From positions 1-31,547 of the IMG/VR virus record IMGVR_UViG_3300005758_000683: a stretch of 31,547 nucleotides of DNA, one strand, 5' to 3'. This stretch comes from a virus. Lineage: Duplodnaviria; Caudoviricetes. The notes under the pieces are model-generated. The model was not told the origin of the DNA. It saw only the letters and a list, made by a program, of their open reading frames with translations, and ran no database searches. Made by a program: the position numbers and the translations under genes. Positions 8,224 through 17,726 of this stretch are shown piece after piece (the first letter of the stretch is position 1; each line of letters begins with the position of its first letter).

Positions 8224-8224
8224 C

Positions 8225-8866
8225 ATGGCTAAAACATACAAACCAACATCCGGCATGGCAACTGCCGCTAAACGTGCCCTGAAATGGAAAGACGAAGGCA
8301 AGTCAGGCGGTACACTAGTTGGTTTGGCTCGTGCTAACCAACTCAAAGATCGTGAACCACTAAGTGCGTCGACAGTACTACGCATGTACAGCTTTTTCAG
8401 TCGCCACGAAGTGGACAAAAAGGCAACTGGATTCTACGCAGGCCAAGAAGGCTACCCCAGCAAAGGTCGTGTAGCGTGGGACTTGTGGGGCGGTGACGGT
8501 GGATATAGCTGGAGTAAGTCCAAACGCAATCAAATCATGCGTGAGCGTGAAGGCAAAGCACTGCGAATACTGCAGCTAGCAACCAAAGCCGCAATTCCAC
8601 CTATGCTACTAAACGCGGCTGCCCAAATGCTGGAAGACTACGCCAATGAAAATATTAGCGAAGAGCTGGACGCATTTGGTCAGTTTATGTACCACGCGCA
8701 ACTACTACGCAATAACCACTTAGATGTATATTTAATGGACTTGTACCAAGTTGAACAGCCGTATCGTGACATACTAGTAATGGTGTTCAGTGAGTTGAGT
8801 ACCGACGATGAAGATAGTGATGCCGAGGTGGACACAGAAGACTCGGATGAGGACACAGCACCATGA
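8225..8866 (+). CDS. Hypothetical phage protein (basic N-terminal AWDLWGG domain, acidic tail)
   Basis: Long ORF starting 1 nt after the phoH stop and ending at a terminator. Contains RMYSFFSRH...GRVAWDLWGGDGG. Confidence 0.75.
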   Translation: MAKTYKPTSGMATAAKRALKWKDEGKSGGTLVGLARANQLKDREPLSASTVLRMYSFFSRHEVDKKATGFYAGQEGYPSKGRVAWDLWGGDGGYSWSKSKRNQIMREREGKALRILQLATKAAIPPMLLNAAAQMLEDYANENISEELDAFGQFMYHAQLLRNNHLDVYLMDLYQVEQPYRDILVMVFSELSTDDEDSDAEVDTEDSDEDTAP

Positions 8867-8902
8867 AAAAAGCCCCCAACCATTGCTGGTTGGGGGCTTT
8901 TT
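8866..8902. terminator. Bidirectional rho-independent terminator
   Basis: AAAAAGCCCCCAACCA-TTGC-TGGTTGGGGGCTTTTT perfect stem with U-tracts on both strands, between convergent gene blocks. Confidence 0.92.
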
Positions 8903-8908
8903 GTTTTA

Positions 8909-9082
8909 TTATAGCTGTGGTTCTGTAGACGGTAGTTGTTGTTGGGCCTGTTGTTGGATCTTCATACTAAGTGGATTACAAATTTTAGCAGGTAGCTCTT
9001 GTAAGCCCGCTAGTAGGTTGTTAATTTCTTCCACGCTTAGTTCTAGTTTTAGAACAGTATCTTTTGTTACTTCTGTACTCAT
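8909..9082 (-). CDS. Small hypothetical protein
   Basis: ATG at 9082 overlaps the RNR stop (ATGA). Reads MSTEVTKDTVLKLELSVEEINNLLAGLQELP... with a Gln-rich tail. Confidence 0.65.
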   Translation of the reverse strand: MSTEVTKDTVLKLELSVEEINNLLAGLQELPAKICNPLSMKIQQQAQQQLPSTEPQL

Positions 9083-11043
9083 TTTATTGGACATGCTCCT
9101 GTTGCACAATCTGCTTCCGTGATTTCATCAAACGAATTGGTATCGTTTAAATCTACCGGTAACAAGTTCTTTGTATACTCTTTAAAAGTTTCTTCGGCTA
9201 CTACTTCTTGTGGCAGGTATAGGTAACCGAGATCTTTGGCTGTTTTGGTTGGGTCTGTGCGGTAAATAAAGCTCACTCCAACATAACAGTCCCAGTTGTC
9301 CAGCAACCAGTCAACAATATCGTTAACTTCGCTCGGGTCGTAGCTAATAGTTACTGACGTGTTTTGCTGATTCCACGAAGTTTGCAGCAGCTTGTAACGC
9401 TCTAGTTGAACCACAGCACTTTCAAGGTTAACATGTTTACCGTCAACTACGTCAAACGGCACACCTTCCCAAGCAACTGGGAATGTTACTAGTACGCCAC
9501 TTTCGTCTACTGGATGGTTGATAACGTTGTAGTTAGCTGCACGCAACTTTTCTACAACCGGATCGTGTTTACTAAACTGCACATTATTGAAAATGTACTT
9601 GCCTAGTGGCTTGTGCACACCTTCAGTAGTATCCATTATCTTTGACAATGTACCCGATGGTTTCACACACGTCACGTTTTTAGGACGTGGCAAACCCAGT
9701 TCGTCAGCCATGCCGATCGCAGCACCAGTTGCAGTACGCTTTAGGTATTCATAGTCATACGCACCCATATCAGGACGCATTGCAATACCTGTTAATCCAA
9801 CACCACACAACCTCATAAAGTAGTTGTTCAGGTGCCACGACTCTTGCAAGATGCCGTCCTGCAGGTTCACACAAGTCTGACGATAGTTTGCTCGCGCTGC
9901 GAGACGAATAGCTTCGTGTAATCCGGCCGTGTCACCTTTAAACTTGGCAATGTCAGTTTCAGTAAGGTTACAGAAACTTTTGTTTCCAAGTAAGATTTCC
10001 ACACAGGGATTTGCTCCTTTAAACCAAGGGGCACGACGTAAGGCTTCAACTTCATTGATAAATCCTGGTTCACTACCACCAGCTTCTTGCATTAACTGGA
10101 AAATATGTGTTAGCTCTTCGCGCAGTGGCTTTTCTTTGAATACTAGGCTGTTATTACTCTGAGTGCGGTGAGCGTTATTATGCAGCCACCAGTCTTTTTT
10201 GGCTACTGCAAATTCTTGCCACTCTGGTTGTCCGTAGTCGAAAAGAGCAATTTCAGCACTACGACGGCTTGACAGGATAGTTCCCAACCAATTGACAATA
10301 TCAAGAATATCCATCCGAGTAAGTAGGCTATCGGCACGACCGTTAAGTATATTAGCAATCGCAACATAAGCTGTCGAAATTGCACTGTCGCCGCTGCTAA
10401 TCCACCCATAACCTTTTAACCTTTCACCTGCTGGACGTAGTTGTGAAAAATCAAGTACCAGAGTATTAGCAGGATACTTACCCGCAAGCAGCTTGCCAAT
10501 AGACTTTGCCCAAGCCTCTGCCGAATCTCCGACTTGAATAGTCCAGGTTTTAGTTTCTGGATCCCATGTTTCCACATTATGTTCATTTCCACCCTTTGCG
10601 GTACGCGTACTACGCACTACACGGATATTTTTAATTGGTTTGGAGAAGCCGTTGAGCGTACCCACAATTGGCTTAAATCCAACACCACAGCCTTGTAGCA
10701 GCAGCCATAAGACGTCTACTACGTCGTAGACTGTTTCTACGTTTGTAAAGCTGCAATTGAATTGTGATGCTTCACGATGTTTGGCAACTGCTGTACCACC
10801 AAGCCACAGTGTGCGACCACTCATTAATACCTTGCGATCTAGCATTAGTTGTTCTAGGTCAAATAGTTCGCCATACTCCTGGTCGTTTAGTTCACGACCG
10901 ACCGCACGCTCCCATAACCACGCTTGGTGATCAATAACGCGTGCAACTGTTTCTTGCCAGCTTTCAAATTGTTTTCCATCGTCGCTGGTAGGCCTGTTGT
11001 AGGTTCTACGTGTAATTACTTGCGCTCGTGTTGAAACTGTCAT
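9079..11043 (-). CDS. nrdJ: Class II (adenosylcobalamin-dependent) ribonucleotide reductase, monomeric RTPR-like
   Basis: SGRTLW, FNCS, GCGVGF, RRSAEI, NPCVEI (thiyl Cys), FCNLTE, TCVKPSGTLS and a C-terminal Cys pair (DCATGACPIK). No terminal Tyr-Tyr dyad and no beta subunit nearby. Confidence 0.88.
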   Translation of the reverse strand: MTVSTRAQVITRRTYNRPTSDDGKQFESWQETVARVIDHQAWLWERAVGRELNDQEYGELFDLEQLMLDRKVLMSGRTLWLGGTAVAKHREASQFNCSFTNVETVYDVVDVLWLLLQGCGVGFKPIVGTLNGFSKPIKNIRVVRSTRTAKGGNEHNVETWDPETKTWTIQVGDSAEAWAKSIGKLLAGKYPANTLVLDFSQLRPAGERLKGYGWISSGDSAISTAYVAIANILNGRADSLLTRMDILDIVNWLGTILSSRRSAEIALFDYGQPEWQEFAVAKKDWWLHNNAHRTQSNNSLVFKEKPLREELTHIFQLMQEAGGSEPGFINEVEALRRAPWFKGANPCVEILLGNKSFCNLTETDIAKFKGDTAGLHEAIRLAARANYRQTCVNLQDGILQESWHLNNYFMRLCGVGLTGIAMRPDMGAYDYEYLKRTATGAAIGMADELGLPRPKNVTCVKPSGTLSKIMDTTEGVHKPLGKYIFNNVQFSKHDPVVEKLRAANYNVINHPVDESGVLVTFPVAWEGVPFDVVDGKHVNLESAVVQLERYKLLQTSWNQQNTSVTISYDPSEVNDIVDWLLDNWDCYVGVSFIYRTDPTKTAKDLGYLYLPQEVVAEETFKEYTKNLLPVDLNDTNSFDEITEADCATGACPIK

Positions 11044-11055
11044 AATTTCCTTGTA

Positions 11056-11529
11056 TTATTTTCCTGTGGAACCAAAACCGCCGGTTCCTCGCTGCGTGTC
11101 ATTCCATACATCAACAAAGCCTACTAGCTCTACTCGCTGTACCACTAACTGGGCAATGCGGTCGCCATGCTCAATTTTGTATGGGTCTTCTGAATTATTT
11201 TTTAGCAGGACTTTGATATTGCCACGGTAATCCGCGTCTATCACGCCTACGCTGTGAGGGATACTAATTCCCTTTTTTCCTTGACTCGATCTGTTATATA
11301 CAAACCCGGCGAAGCCTTCTGGAATTTTGATCGCTACTCCGGTATCAACAAGTTTTTGTTCTCCGGGATAGATCTCGATCGTATCCTCGGGCAGCCACGC
11401 ACGCAGGTCCGCGCCTGCATCTGTGGGGTGTGCACGCTGCGGTAAGTGTGCGCCAGCTTCTAGTTTGCAGGAGAGGCTTGGTCGTATTTCGTCGCCTCTA
11501 ATATATCCGTTAATATCGAATGCGCTCAT
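11056..11529 (-). CDS. dut: Trimeric dUTPase
   Basis: DAGADL, RSS, GVIDADYRG, GDRIAQL, RGTGGFGSTG. Confidence 0.96.
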   Translation of the reverse strand: MSAFDINGYIRGDEIRPSLSCKLEAGAHLPQRAHPTDAGADLRAWLPEDTIEIYPGEQKLVDTGVAIKIPEGFAGFVYNRSSQGKKGISIPHSVGVIDADYRGNIKVLLKNNSEDPYKIEHGDRIAQLVVQRVELVGFVDVWNDTQRGTGGFGSTGK

Positions 11530-12371
11530 TGTGTGTATAACTCTAAAATTTGGTCAATTTGTTGGCAGTTGGCCGGACCCAGTGCTTCTTCACAGTGCGT
11601 TACCAAGTCCATTAGTTTGTAGTTTAGGATAAGTTGATCCTTGCACCCATTCAGTGCTTCAATATATTTGTACTTACCGGCAATTGGAATACTGGCAATG
11701 ATATCCCAAGTGCTGCCATACTCACTAACCAGTGAAATGGCACGCTTAGGTCCAATACCAGGCACACCAGCAACATTATCGCCGCTGTCACCTGTAAGAC
11801 ACTTAATGCTAATATAATCTTCGGGACTGAATTCATAGTGAGTATTCCAGTTAGTATGTGTGACTTCTTTGCGTGTTACGTAACTAAAGCGGCTTACACC
11901 AGGTTGTACCAGCAAGTCCCAGTCACGGTCGCTGGAGATCAACCAAATATCATCAAACGGTAGCTGCTTGCGTTTGCCGACTATATACGCAGCAATATCA
12001 TCAGCTTCTACGCCGGGGAAGCGTAATACAGGATACTTAGTTTCTTCTTGTATTTTCAACATAGTTCTTTCAAATTCTTGAAAGAATAATTCAAAAGCAG
12101 CTTTTTCTGCATCTGTTTGTAATGCTTGCTTATCTTTACGATTTTGTTTGTATTCCGGGCTTAGAGCCTTGCGGTAACTACTAGAACCTTTATCGCAAGC
12201 AATAATTACATGACTAGCTTTGTATGACTTTTTGAAGCTATTTACCACCTGGATGTATTCATCACAAAAGTCGGCAGCTCCAGAGTGTTTCCAGCGAAAT
12301 CCCATATTGATTGCGTCAATAATGAGCAGATTGTTATTATCAGCCGTAGCTTGTTTGAATGATAGTGACAT
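11526..12371 (-). CDS. D15: 5'-3' exonuclease / flap endonuclease (T5 D15-like)
   Basis: YKQNR, GVEADD, SSDRDWDLL, GDSGDNVAGVPGIGPKRA. Lies upstream of dut as in T5. Confidence 0.92.
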   Translation of the reverse strand: MSLSFKQATADNNNLLIIDAINMGFRWKHSGAADFCDEYIQVVNSFKKSYKASHVIIACDKGSSSYRKALSPEYKQNRKDKQALQTDAEKAAFELFFQEFERTMLKIQEETKYPVLRFPGVEADDIAAYIVGKRKQLPFDDIWLISSDRDWDLLVQPGVSRFSYVTRKEVTHTNWNTHYEFSPEDYISIKCLTGDSGDNVAGVPGIGPKRAISLVSEYGSTWDIIASIPIAGKYKYIEALNGCKDQLILNYKLMDLVTHCEEALGPANCQQIDQILELYTQ

Positions 12372-13251
12372 TTTTATCTTTATTTATTAATTCGTTTAGT
12401 ATTTCTAATGAATGCTCAGAAACAAGCTCAGTACTACCAGAAAACTTTTTAATACTACATGCTTTTTCAACGGATTCATCATGCAGTATACGTTGTTCTA
12501 ATTGTATAATACTCTTACCGTCGCCTTTAACTAAAATAAGTGGTTTTATTAGTAGTAAATCATCGCCTATACTGGAAGAAATTTCATTTATTCGACGAGC
12601 TATAGGTCTGGAAGTAATACCTACTTTTAGATACCTATGTCCACCAAACAATATTATCTCTAAAACATATAATACTGCTCTGTCTGGATAATGCTCTTTG
12701 TCGAAGTATCCGAAGCCTTTATTACATAATGGGCATCCAGATCCTTGCTGAATATAGCTATACTTAGTGTCCCATATATGACCACAGGACTTATGTCGGA
12801 CAGTAATTGTGGATAATGCTCCTATATACTCCGATAATAATTCTAAGTTTGCAGACTCCAGTACACTAAGTACCTTATCAAGGGAATTTTTTCTGGTTTT
12901 AAGGTCACATGCAGGGCACCTAGCGCCTGGTTTCATTAGTGCCTGAGGCCTGGTTTTCCACTCGTGATCACAAATACCACACATGTGCAATATAGGCACA
13001 GTACTGCCCTTATAAGGCTCTAGTGGTACAAAATCTGTGTTAAGTTCTAAAAACTTAACGTACTGCTCGTTAGTTCTAGCTTTAGTGACTCCATAAATAA
13101 CTTTTAAACCTAGCCTATTAGCCTTTAAACATATGGCATCTAAATTTCTACCAGGTAACTTGTCTAGTAAAATTTCGCTTCTACCATAAATAGGATACAG
13201 TTCTTTTAATAAGGATATTTCTTCAGGAGTCCAATTAGGGTATTTCGACAT
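12340..13251 (-). CDS. Putative free-standing homing endonuclease (Myb-like N-terminus, Zn-ribbon repeats, C-terminal GIY-YIG-like domain)
   Basis: WTPEEISLLKELYP; CGICDHEW...CPAC and SCGHIW...GCPLC repeats; LYVLEI...YLKVGITSRPIARRINE. AT-rich insert between D14 and D15 with its own promoter. Confidence 0.7.
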   Translation of the reverse strand: MSKYPNWTPEEISLLKELYPIYGRSEILLDKLPGRNLDAICLKANRLGLKVIYGVTKARTNEQYVKFLELNTDFVPLEPYKGSTVPILHMCGICDHEWKTRPQALMKPGARCPACDLKTRKNSLDKVLSVLESANLELLSEYIGALSTITVRHKSCGHIWDTKYSYIQQGSGCPLCNKGFGYFDKEHYPDRAVLYVLEIILFGGHRYLKVGITSRPIARRINEISSSIGDDLLLIKPLILVKGDGKSIIQLEQRILHDESVEKACSIKKFSGSTELVSEHSLEILNELINKDKNVTIIQTSYG

Positions 13252-13274
13252 AGGTATTCTCCAGCAATACTTAT

Positions 13275-13303
13275 ATTATACTATAAGTAGCATGGGAAGT
13301 CAA
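13275..13303 (-). promoter_or_regulatory. sigma70-type promoter within an inverted repeat
   Basis: TTGACT-17 bp-TATAAT. The -10 lies between the TACTTATA/TATAAGTA arms; GGAG RBS downstream. Confidence 0.85.
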
Positions 13304-13328
13304 TGACAAAATTTTAACTATCAATATG

Positions 13329-13784
13329 TCAAGTTACAAATTGTGGTTGCTCGAAGTTCAGCCAGTCTTCTAGTAGTGCTACAAAAAACTCGTGGCCCTC
13401 AACGTTGACTAGTAAACAGCGATAGCCTGTGTGAGTGGGCATGTCTTCAAACGCCACAAATATCTTCGACCTGTCAAACTTAAATATTAACAGCGGCTTT
13501 TTGCCCACTTGATGTGCTTGGCGAACACTCTGTTTCCAGAACTCTAGCAGCTGTGGATTCTTACCAGTCAGTAGTGTGCTGTTGATATGATCTTCAGCGT
13601 AACCTTTCACTTCCACCGCCCACAGGTTGGTTCGCCCCGGCACGTATAAGTCTGCTTTTAGCTGATGTTTAGGGTCTAGTGCACCACTACCAGGTACACG
13701 CTCCCACCCTAAACCGGTGTGTTTACGAAGTGCGTCACGTACTGCCGTCTCAGTACGTGCGCCTTTTGCTCGACTATCAACCAT
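13329..13784 (-). CDS. D14: Holliday junction resolvase-like PD-(D/E)xK nuclease (T5 D14-like)
   Basis: SRAKGARTE, RVPGSGA, ADL...VEVK. Synteny D13-D14-D15. Confidence 0.85.
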   Translation of the reverse strand: MVDSRAKGARTETAVRDALRKHTGLGWERVPGSGALDPKHQLKADLYVPGRTNLWAVEVKGYAEDHINSTLLTGKNPQLLEFWKQSVRQAHQVGKKPLLIFKFDRSKIFVAFEDMPTHTGYRCLLVNVEGHEFFVALLEDWLNFEQPQFVT

Positions 13785-14098
13785 TACTTGCGCTTAGACT
13801 TTGCCGGAAACACTATTTTGGGTTTGTTTTCCGTTGTAGCAACCACTGGGGGTTCGGCAGGTGTGGGTGTTGTGGTAGCGGTGGTTGGATCACTAACTGT
13901 TTCAGGACTTTTGGTGGCGGTGGCACTACGTGACACCACCTCCTGCTCGTCAATCGAGTACACCACCGTGCCGGACTCGACTTCCAGTGTGTCTAATTCA
14001 GATTTTGAAATTAGCTGGTGCAAGAATGCACGTTGGCGCACACCACTTCGCACAAACCAGATACTGGCGTCGGGGGATAATTTTTCTATTTTTACCAT
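13784..14098 (-). CDS. Hypothetical protein with Pro/Thr-rich linker and basic tail
   Basis: GGA RBS. Stop overlaps the D14 start (TAATG). Confidence 0.65.
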   Translation of the reverse strand: MVKIEKLSPDASIWFVRSGVRQRAFLHQLISKSELDTLEVESGTVVYSIDEQEVVSRSATATKSPETVSDPTTATTTPTPAEPPVVATTENKPKIVFPAKSKRK

Positions 14099-14111
14099 AT
14101 TAAAATTCCAT

Positions 14112-14690
14112 TTAACCTAGTCTGTCACTATATACGCACCAACCTGTAACAATATCTTTTACTTCTTTTTCAGCAGGCAATCCCTTGTGTATATGTGTCC
14201 AACCAGCAGGCCATATAAGAGTTAAACCTTTTTGAGGCCTAACTCTGCACTTTTGATATAAAAACTCGGTTTCGCCACCTTCTTGAATATCATTCAAGTA
14301 CGTTATAAACGTAAGTATTCGTAAAAACTTTTTAGGTTCAGGACCGTAGCTTTCGGTATGCCACTCACTGTAGTGCTTTCCCGGTGCGTATCGTTGAAGA
14401 TTGTACGGATCGCTTATACCCCATGTAAGATTATTTCTGTATACTGAAGGATATAGCTGTCCATACGCTTGTAAACACTCTTGTAATATTGCTTTGTACT
14501 CAACGTCTACACTTTTGTCTATATCAGTATTTACTAGTCTGTGATATTGTCGCATATCATCTGAATACTTTATAAGTTTACTGTGTTTTTTAAACTGTTC
14601 AGTAAGCTTATCGCATATATTAGGTCCTACATTAAAAGCACCTATAAAAGCGTAAGACTCAATAGGTATATCAGCAAGCTCTATAGCCAT
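14112..14690 (-). CDS. 2OG-Fe(II) oxygenase (prolyl-4-hydroxylase-like)
   Basis: WHTE (HxD/E), ITYLNDIQEGGETEF, WPAGWTHIHKG distal His, K-x-IVTGW. Confidence 0.85.
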   Translation of the reverse strand: MAIELADIPIESYAFIGAFNVGPNICDKLTEQFKKHSKLIKYSDDMRQYHRLVNTDIDKSVDVEYKAILQECLQAYGQLYPSVYRNNLTWGISDPYNLQRYAPGKHYSEWHTESYGPEPKKFLRILTFITYLNDIQEGGETEFLYQKCRVRPQKGLTLIWPAGWTHIHKGLPAEKEVKDIVTGWCVYSDRLG

Positions 14691-14691
14691 G

Positions 14692-16530
14692 TTATACCTC
14701 TATCTTTGAAATATTGTTGTGTTTAACTACGTGCACTTTTTCCAGTAACGGGTGTGTGAATCCGTGTGATACTAAAAAAGTGTTTAGGTGTTCTTCGCGT
14801 AGTAGGACTTCTACCAGCTTTTCCTTACCGTCCACATCTAGGGTTTCTACCGTTTCGTCTAGTATCAGCAAATTAATTCGTGAACTTGACAGTGCTTGCA
14901 TTAGTTTGCGAATTGCCAGCAAGGTAGCAACGTTTACTCTGGCACGCTCACCACCGCTAAGTGCGTGAATTTCAATGTCACGACCGTTGTCTGTGATAAC
15001 CACGTTTAGTTTATCACTTGCACTAATCTTGAAACTGATTTGGAATCGTCCGTCCGACAAGTCTACAAGGTACTGGTTTGTGATTTCCTCCAAGTCCTTG
15101 ACCAAGCACTCGATCTTGTATGCCACTAGTCCAGTTGTCGAAAAAGTTTTTGTGAGTATGTTTACAATACTCATTTTTTCCGACAAGTCGTGCAGAAGGC
15201 TGCTGTGCGTTTCTAGCTCACACCGCATCTCATCCAGCTGCTTGGTCAGCAACTCAACTTTTGAGTTATGTGCAGCTGCACCACGATTGTGTGCTTCCGC
15301 AGCTTCTATGCGTTGCTTGGTTTCACGTATTTGGCTATCTAGTGTGGCTAGCTGTGCTTGCAACTGTTGCTTGTCTAGCTGAGTCTCTGGCAGTTGAGGG
15401 TCGATAAGTTGGTGATACTTTTCCCATTCTTGTTGAGCTTTGGTGGCACTTTCCCATGCAGCTTTTTTACTGTGGTAGTCTGCTAGTGCTTGTTTTATTT
15501 CATCAGCAGCTTTTAACAGTGCTTGCAGCTTTTGTTCAGCCACTTGCTGTATAGAATTTTGCTCACTAACAAGCTCTGCAATTTTGTATTCGTTTATATC
15601 TTGCAAACACGTAGGACATGAACCATGCAATTTGGTTATTTTTGCAACAAATGCCTGACTGTCTTTGAGGGTCTTCTTAACTTCTACTAATTGTGCGTCT
15701 ACTTCTGAAGCAGATGTACTTAGTGTTTTGTCAGCATCTTCTGGCTTAGCAGGTATAGGAAATAAGTTTATCTTTGCTTGTAGCTGCTTGTATGTATTAT
15801 TTTGAGCAATCTTCTTGTTTGTTTGCTCAATTGAACCAATACTTGCTCGCAGCGCGCTCGCTTGTGTTAGCACATCTTGGTCTAGTTCTGGCACTGGTAG
15901 GGGATCTTGCAGTGCCATGTTTTGACGTTCGTATTTGTCTAACCAGCTACGCACAGTGTTTACTTTAGCTTGTGTGGACGCAATGTCTTTGCCCAGCTCG
16001 CCTGCTACTTCCTTGAATACCTCTTGTGCACGAGTGTAGTGGCCCAAGTTTAGGATTTCAATCAAGAACTTTTTGCGTGCCGTGTCTGGTGCAGTTAAAA
16101 ACTCCAGACTTGACGCATTGCTTTGATACACAATCTGTGCAAAAGTTTTGTGGTCAAAGCCTAGCACTTCTTCAATGTGCTTGTACGTAGCGGTTGCGGT
16201 GTGTGAGCTAACGTCAACGCCACTCTTGTATAACTTGACTGTTTGTGAGCTACCACGCTGCGACTTGATAGTATAGTCCACACCGTCACGCTCAAAGTCT
16301 AGTTCAATTGTGTAGGCCTTGTCACGAACGTAACGGTTAAGAATATCGGCTTTTTTAATGCCTTTGCTGTTTTTGTTAAACAGCACTTCTTCTAGGATAA
16401 GTGCAATCGAACTTTTACCGTGACCATTACGACCCACAAGCTGTGTAAGTGGTGCTTCGCTAAAGTCAATTTGGTTGTTGGAGCCGTAGCTAAAAGCATT
16501 GCTCCAACGCATTTGTTTAATTGTTATCAT
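14692..16530 (-). CDS. D13: SbcC/Rad50-like ATPase (T5 D13-like)
   Basis: GRNGHGKSS Walker A, coiled coil with CPTC zinc hook, LSGGE signature, LILDE Walker B, VSH. Confidence 0.93.
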   Translation of the reverse strand: MITIKQMRWSNAFSYGSNNQIDFSEAPLTQLVGRNGHGKSSIALILEEVLFNKNSKGIKKADILNRYVRDKAYTIELDFERDGVDYTIKSQRGSSQTVKLYKSGVDVSSHTATATYKHIEEVLGFDHKTFAQIVYQSNASSLEFLTAPDTARKKFLIEILNLGHYTRAQEVFKEVAGELGKDIASTQAKVNTVRSWLDKYERQNMALQDPLPVPELDQDVLTQASALRASIGSIEQTNKKIAQNNTYKQLQAKINLFPIPAKPEDADKTLSTSASEVDAQLVEVKKTLKDSQAFVAKITKLHGSCPTCLQDINEYKIAELVSEQNSIQQVAEQKLQALLKAADEIKQALADYHSKKAAWESATKAQQEWEKYHQLIDPQLPETQLDKQQLQAQLATLDSQIRETKQRIEAAEAHNRGAAAHNSKVELLTKQLDEMRCELETHSSLLHDLSEKMSIVNILTKTFSTTGLVAYKIECLVKDLEEITNQYLVDLSDGRFQISFKISASDKLNVVITDNGRDIEIHALSGGERARVNVATLLAIRKLMQALSSSRINLLILDETVETLDVDGKEKLVEVLLREEHLNTFLVSHGFTHPLLEKVHVVKHNNISKIEV

Positions 16531-16777
16531 GCTGTGTTAGTTTTAATTTTAGTTCATGTAGACCACCCACGTATTCACCATCCAAGAAAATTTGTGGAAC
16601 ACTGCGTGCTGTGGGAACTACCGCAATCAAGTCTTTTTTGGTGTAGCCATTAACACCAATCATTTTTTCGTGATACTGTATGCCGTGACGGTCCAGCAGC
16701 TGTTTGGCTTGAGAACAGGCCGGGCAGTTAGTTTGCGACCAGACCTCGGCTGTGTGATTACGCAAATTTTTCAGCAT
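16517..16777 (-). CDS. Glutaredoxin
   Basis: CPAC active site, SVPQIF, YVGG. Confidence 0.9.
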   Translation of the reverse strand: MLKNLRNHTAEVWSQTNCPACSQAKQLLDRHGIQYHEKMIGVNGYTKKDLIAVVPTARSVPQIFLDGEYVGGLHELKLKLTQHDNN

Positions 16778-17720
16778 GATTTTGTAGCTCCTTTAGAACT
16801 GCCGTAACCGTAGGTTCCGGTAGTTCTAGTATGTACATAAGATAGTCACGTACTTCTTCGTTTAGTGACATTTCAGGCGTCAAGATAAGCGCACTGTCGG
16901 TGTCGCGCTTGATTACTTTTGACGCAATCAGCTCACTATCTTCTAGCACTTGTAGTTCTTGCATGTCGCCTTCAATCTCGTAGATTGTATGGTCAAAGGC
17001 GGTGGCTGGTGTTGGCTCGCCTGCGCGAATAGTCTTTTTAATTAGCTGCGGGAGGTTGAAGCTGGTCCAAACGTGATCCAAAGTAGTTGTATCAAGCAAA
17101 ATAGCTCCAGTGTCCACGGGATGTCGATGAAAGCTAGTAGTATAAGGACTACCTGGATACAGAATATTACGTTGCGAGTTTTCATAGCTGTGTAAGTCAC
17201 CTGCTAGTACCACGTCCCAGCGGTCCAGTAACTCCAGTGGAATTTCTGGCTTTACGTGTGGTGGAATCTCACCACGAACGTGCGTGCACAGGATTTTACC
17301 GTGAAAGTCTAGTGTGCTGTAGTTATCAACAAAGTCTTTTAGCTTGTTGTACGGAATTATGTCTATGTCAAAACCCACGTTGTAGTAGTAGTCGTCTATT
17401 ATACTGACCAGTGGGTTTAGGCGATGCGTAGCACGTTTAAGGTGAGTCAAGAAGCTGGTGTCTTTTTTGAGCGCTTCGTGATTACCTGGGTAAATTAGTG
17501 TAGGTTTTTTAAAGCTGGCTACTAAGTCAAAGTACAGTTCTACTTCCTCAGTATTGGGTAGTTTGTCAAACACGTCACCACCAATTACTACTAAGTCAGC
17601 GTGTTGCTGCATTTCCGCAAACTGGTCTACGAATAACTGAAACCTATTTTTAGCCCAGTCTACCGGAACGTTTTTCTGACCTAGTTTGATGTGTATGTCT
17701 GCTGTAAAAAGTATTTTCAT
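16758..17720 (-). CDS. D12: SbcD/Mre11-like nuclease (T5 D12-like)
   Basis: ADIH, GGDVFD, PGNHE, TH, AGDLH, YPGSP metallophosphoesterase motifs. Confidence 0.93.
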   Translation of the reverse strand: MKILFTADIHIKLGQKNVPVDWAKNRFQLFVDQFAEMQQHADLVVIGGDVFDKLPNTEEVELYFDLVASFKKPTLIYPGNHEALKKDTSFLTHLKRATHRLNPLVSIIDDYYYNVGFDIDIIPYNKLKDFVDNYSTLDFHGKILCTHVRGEIPPHVKPEIPLELLDRWDVVLAGDLHSYENSQRNILYPGSPYTTSFHRHPVDTGAILLDTTTLDHVWTSFNLPQLIKKTIRAGEPTPATAFDHTIYEIEGDMQELQVLEDSELIASKVIKRDTDSALILTPEMSLNEEVRDYLMYILELPEPTVTAVLKELQNHAEKFA

Positions 17721-17726
17721 ATTAGT

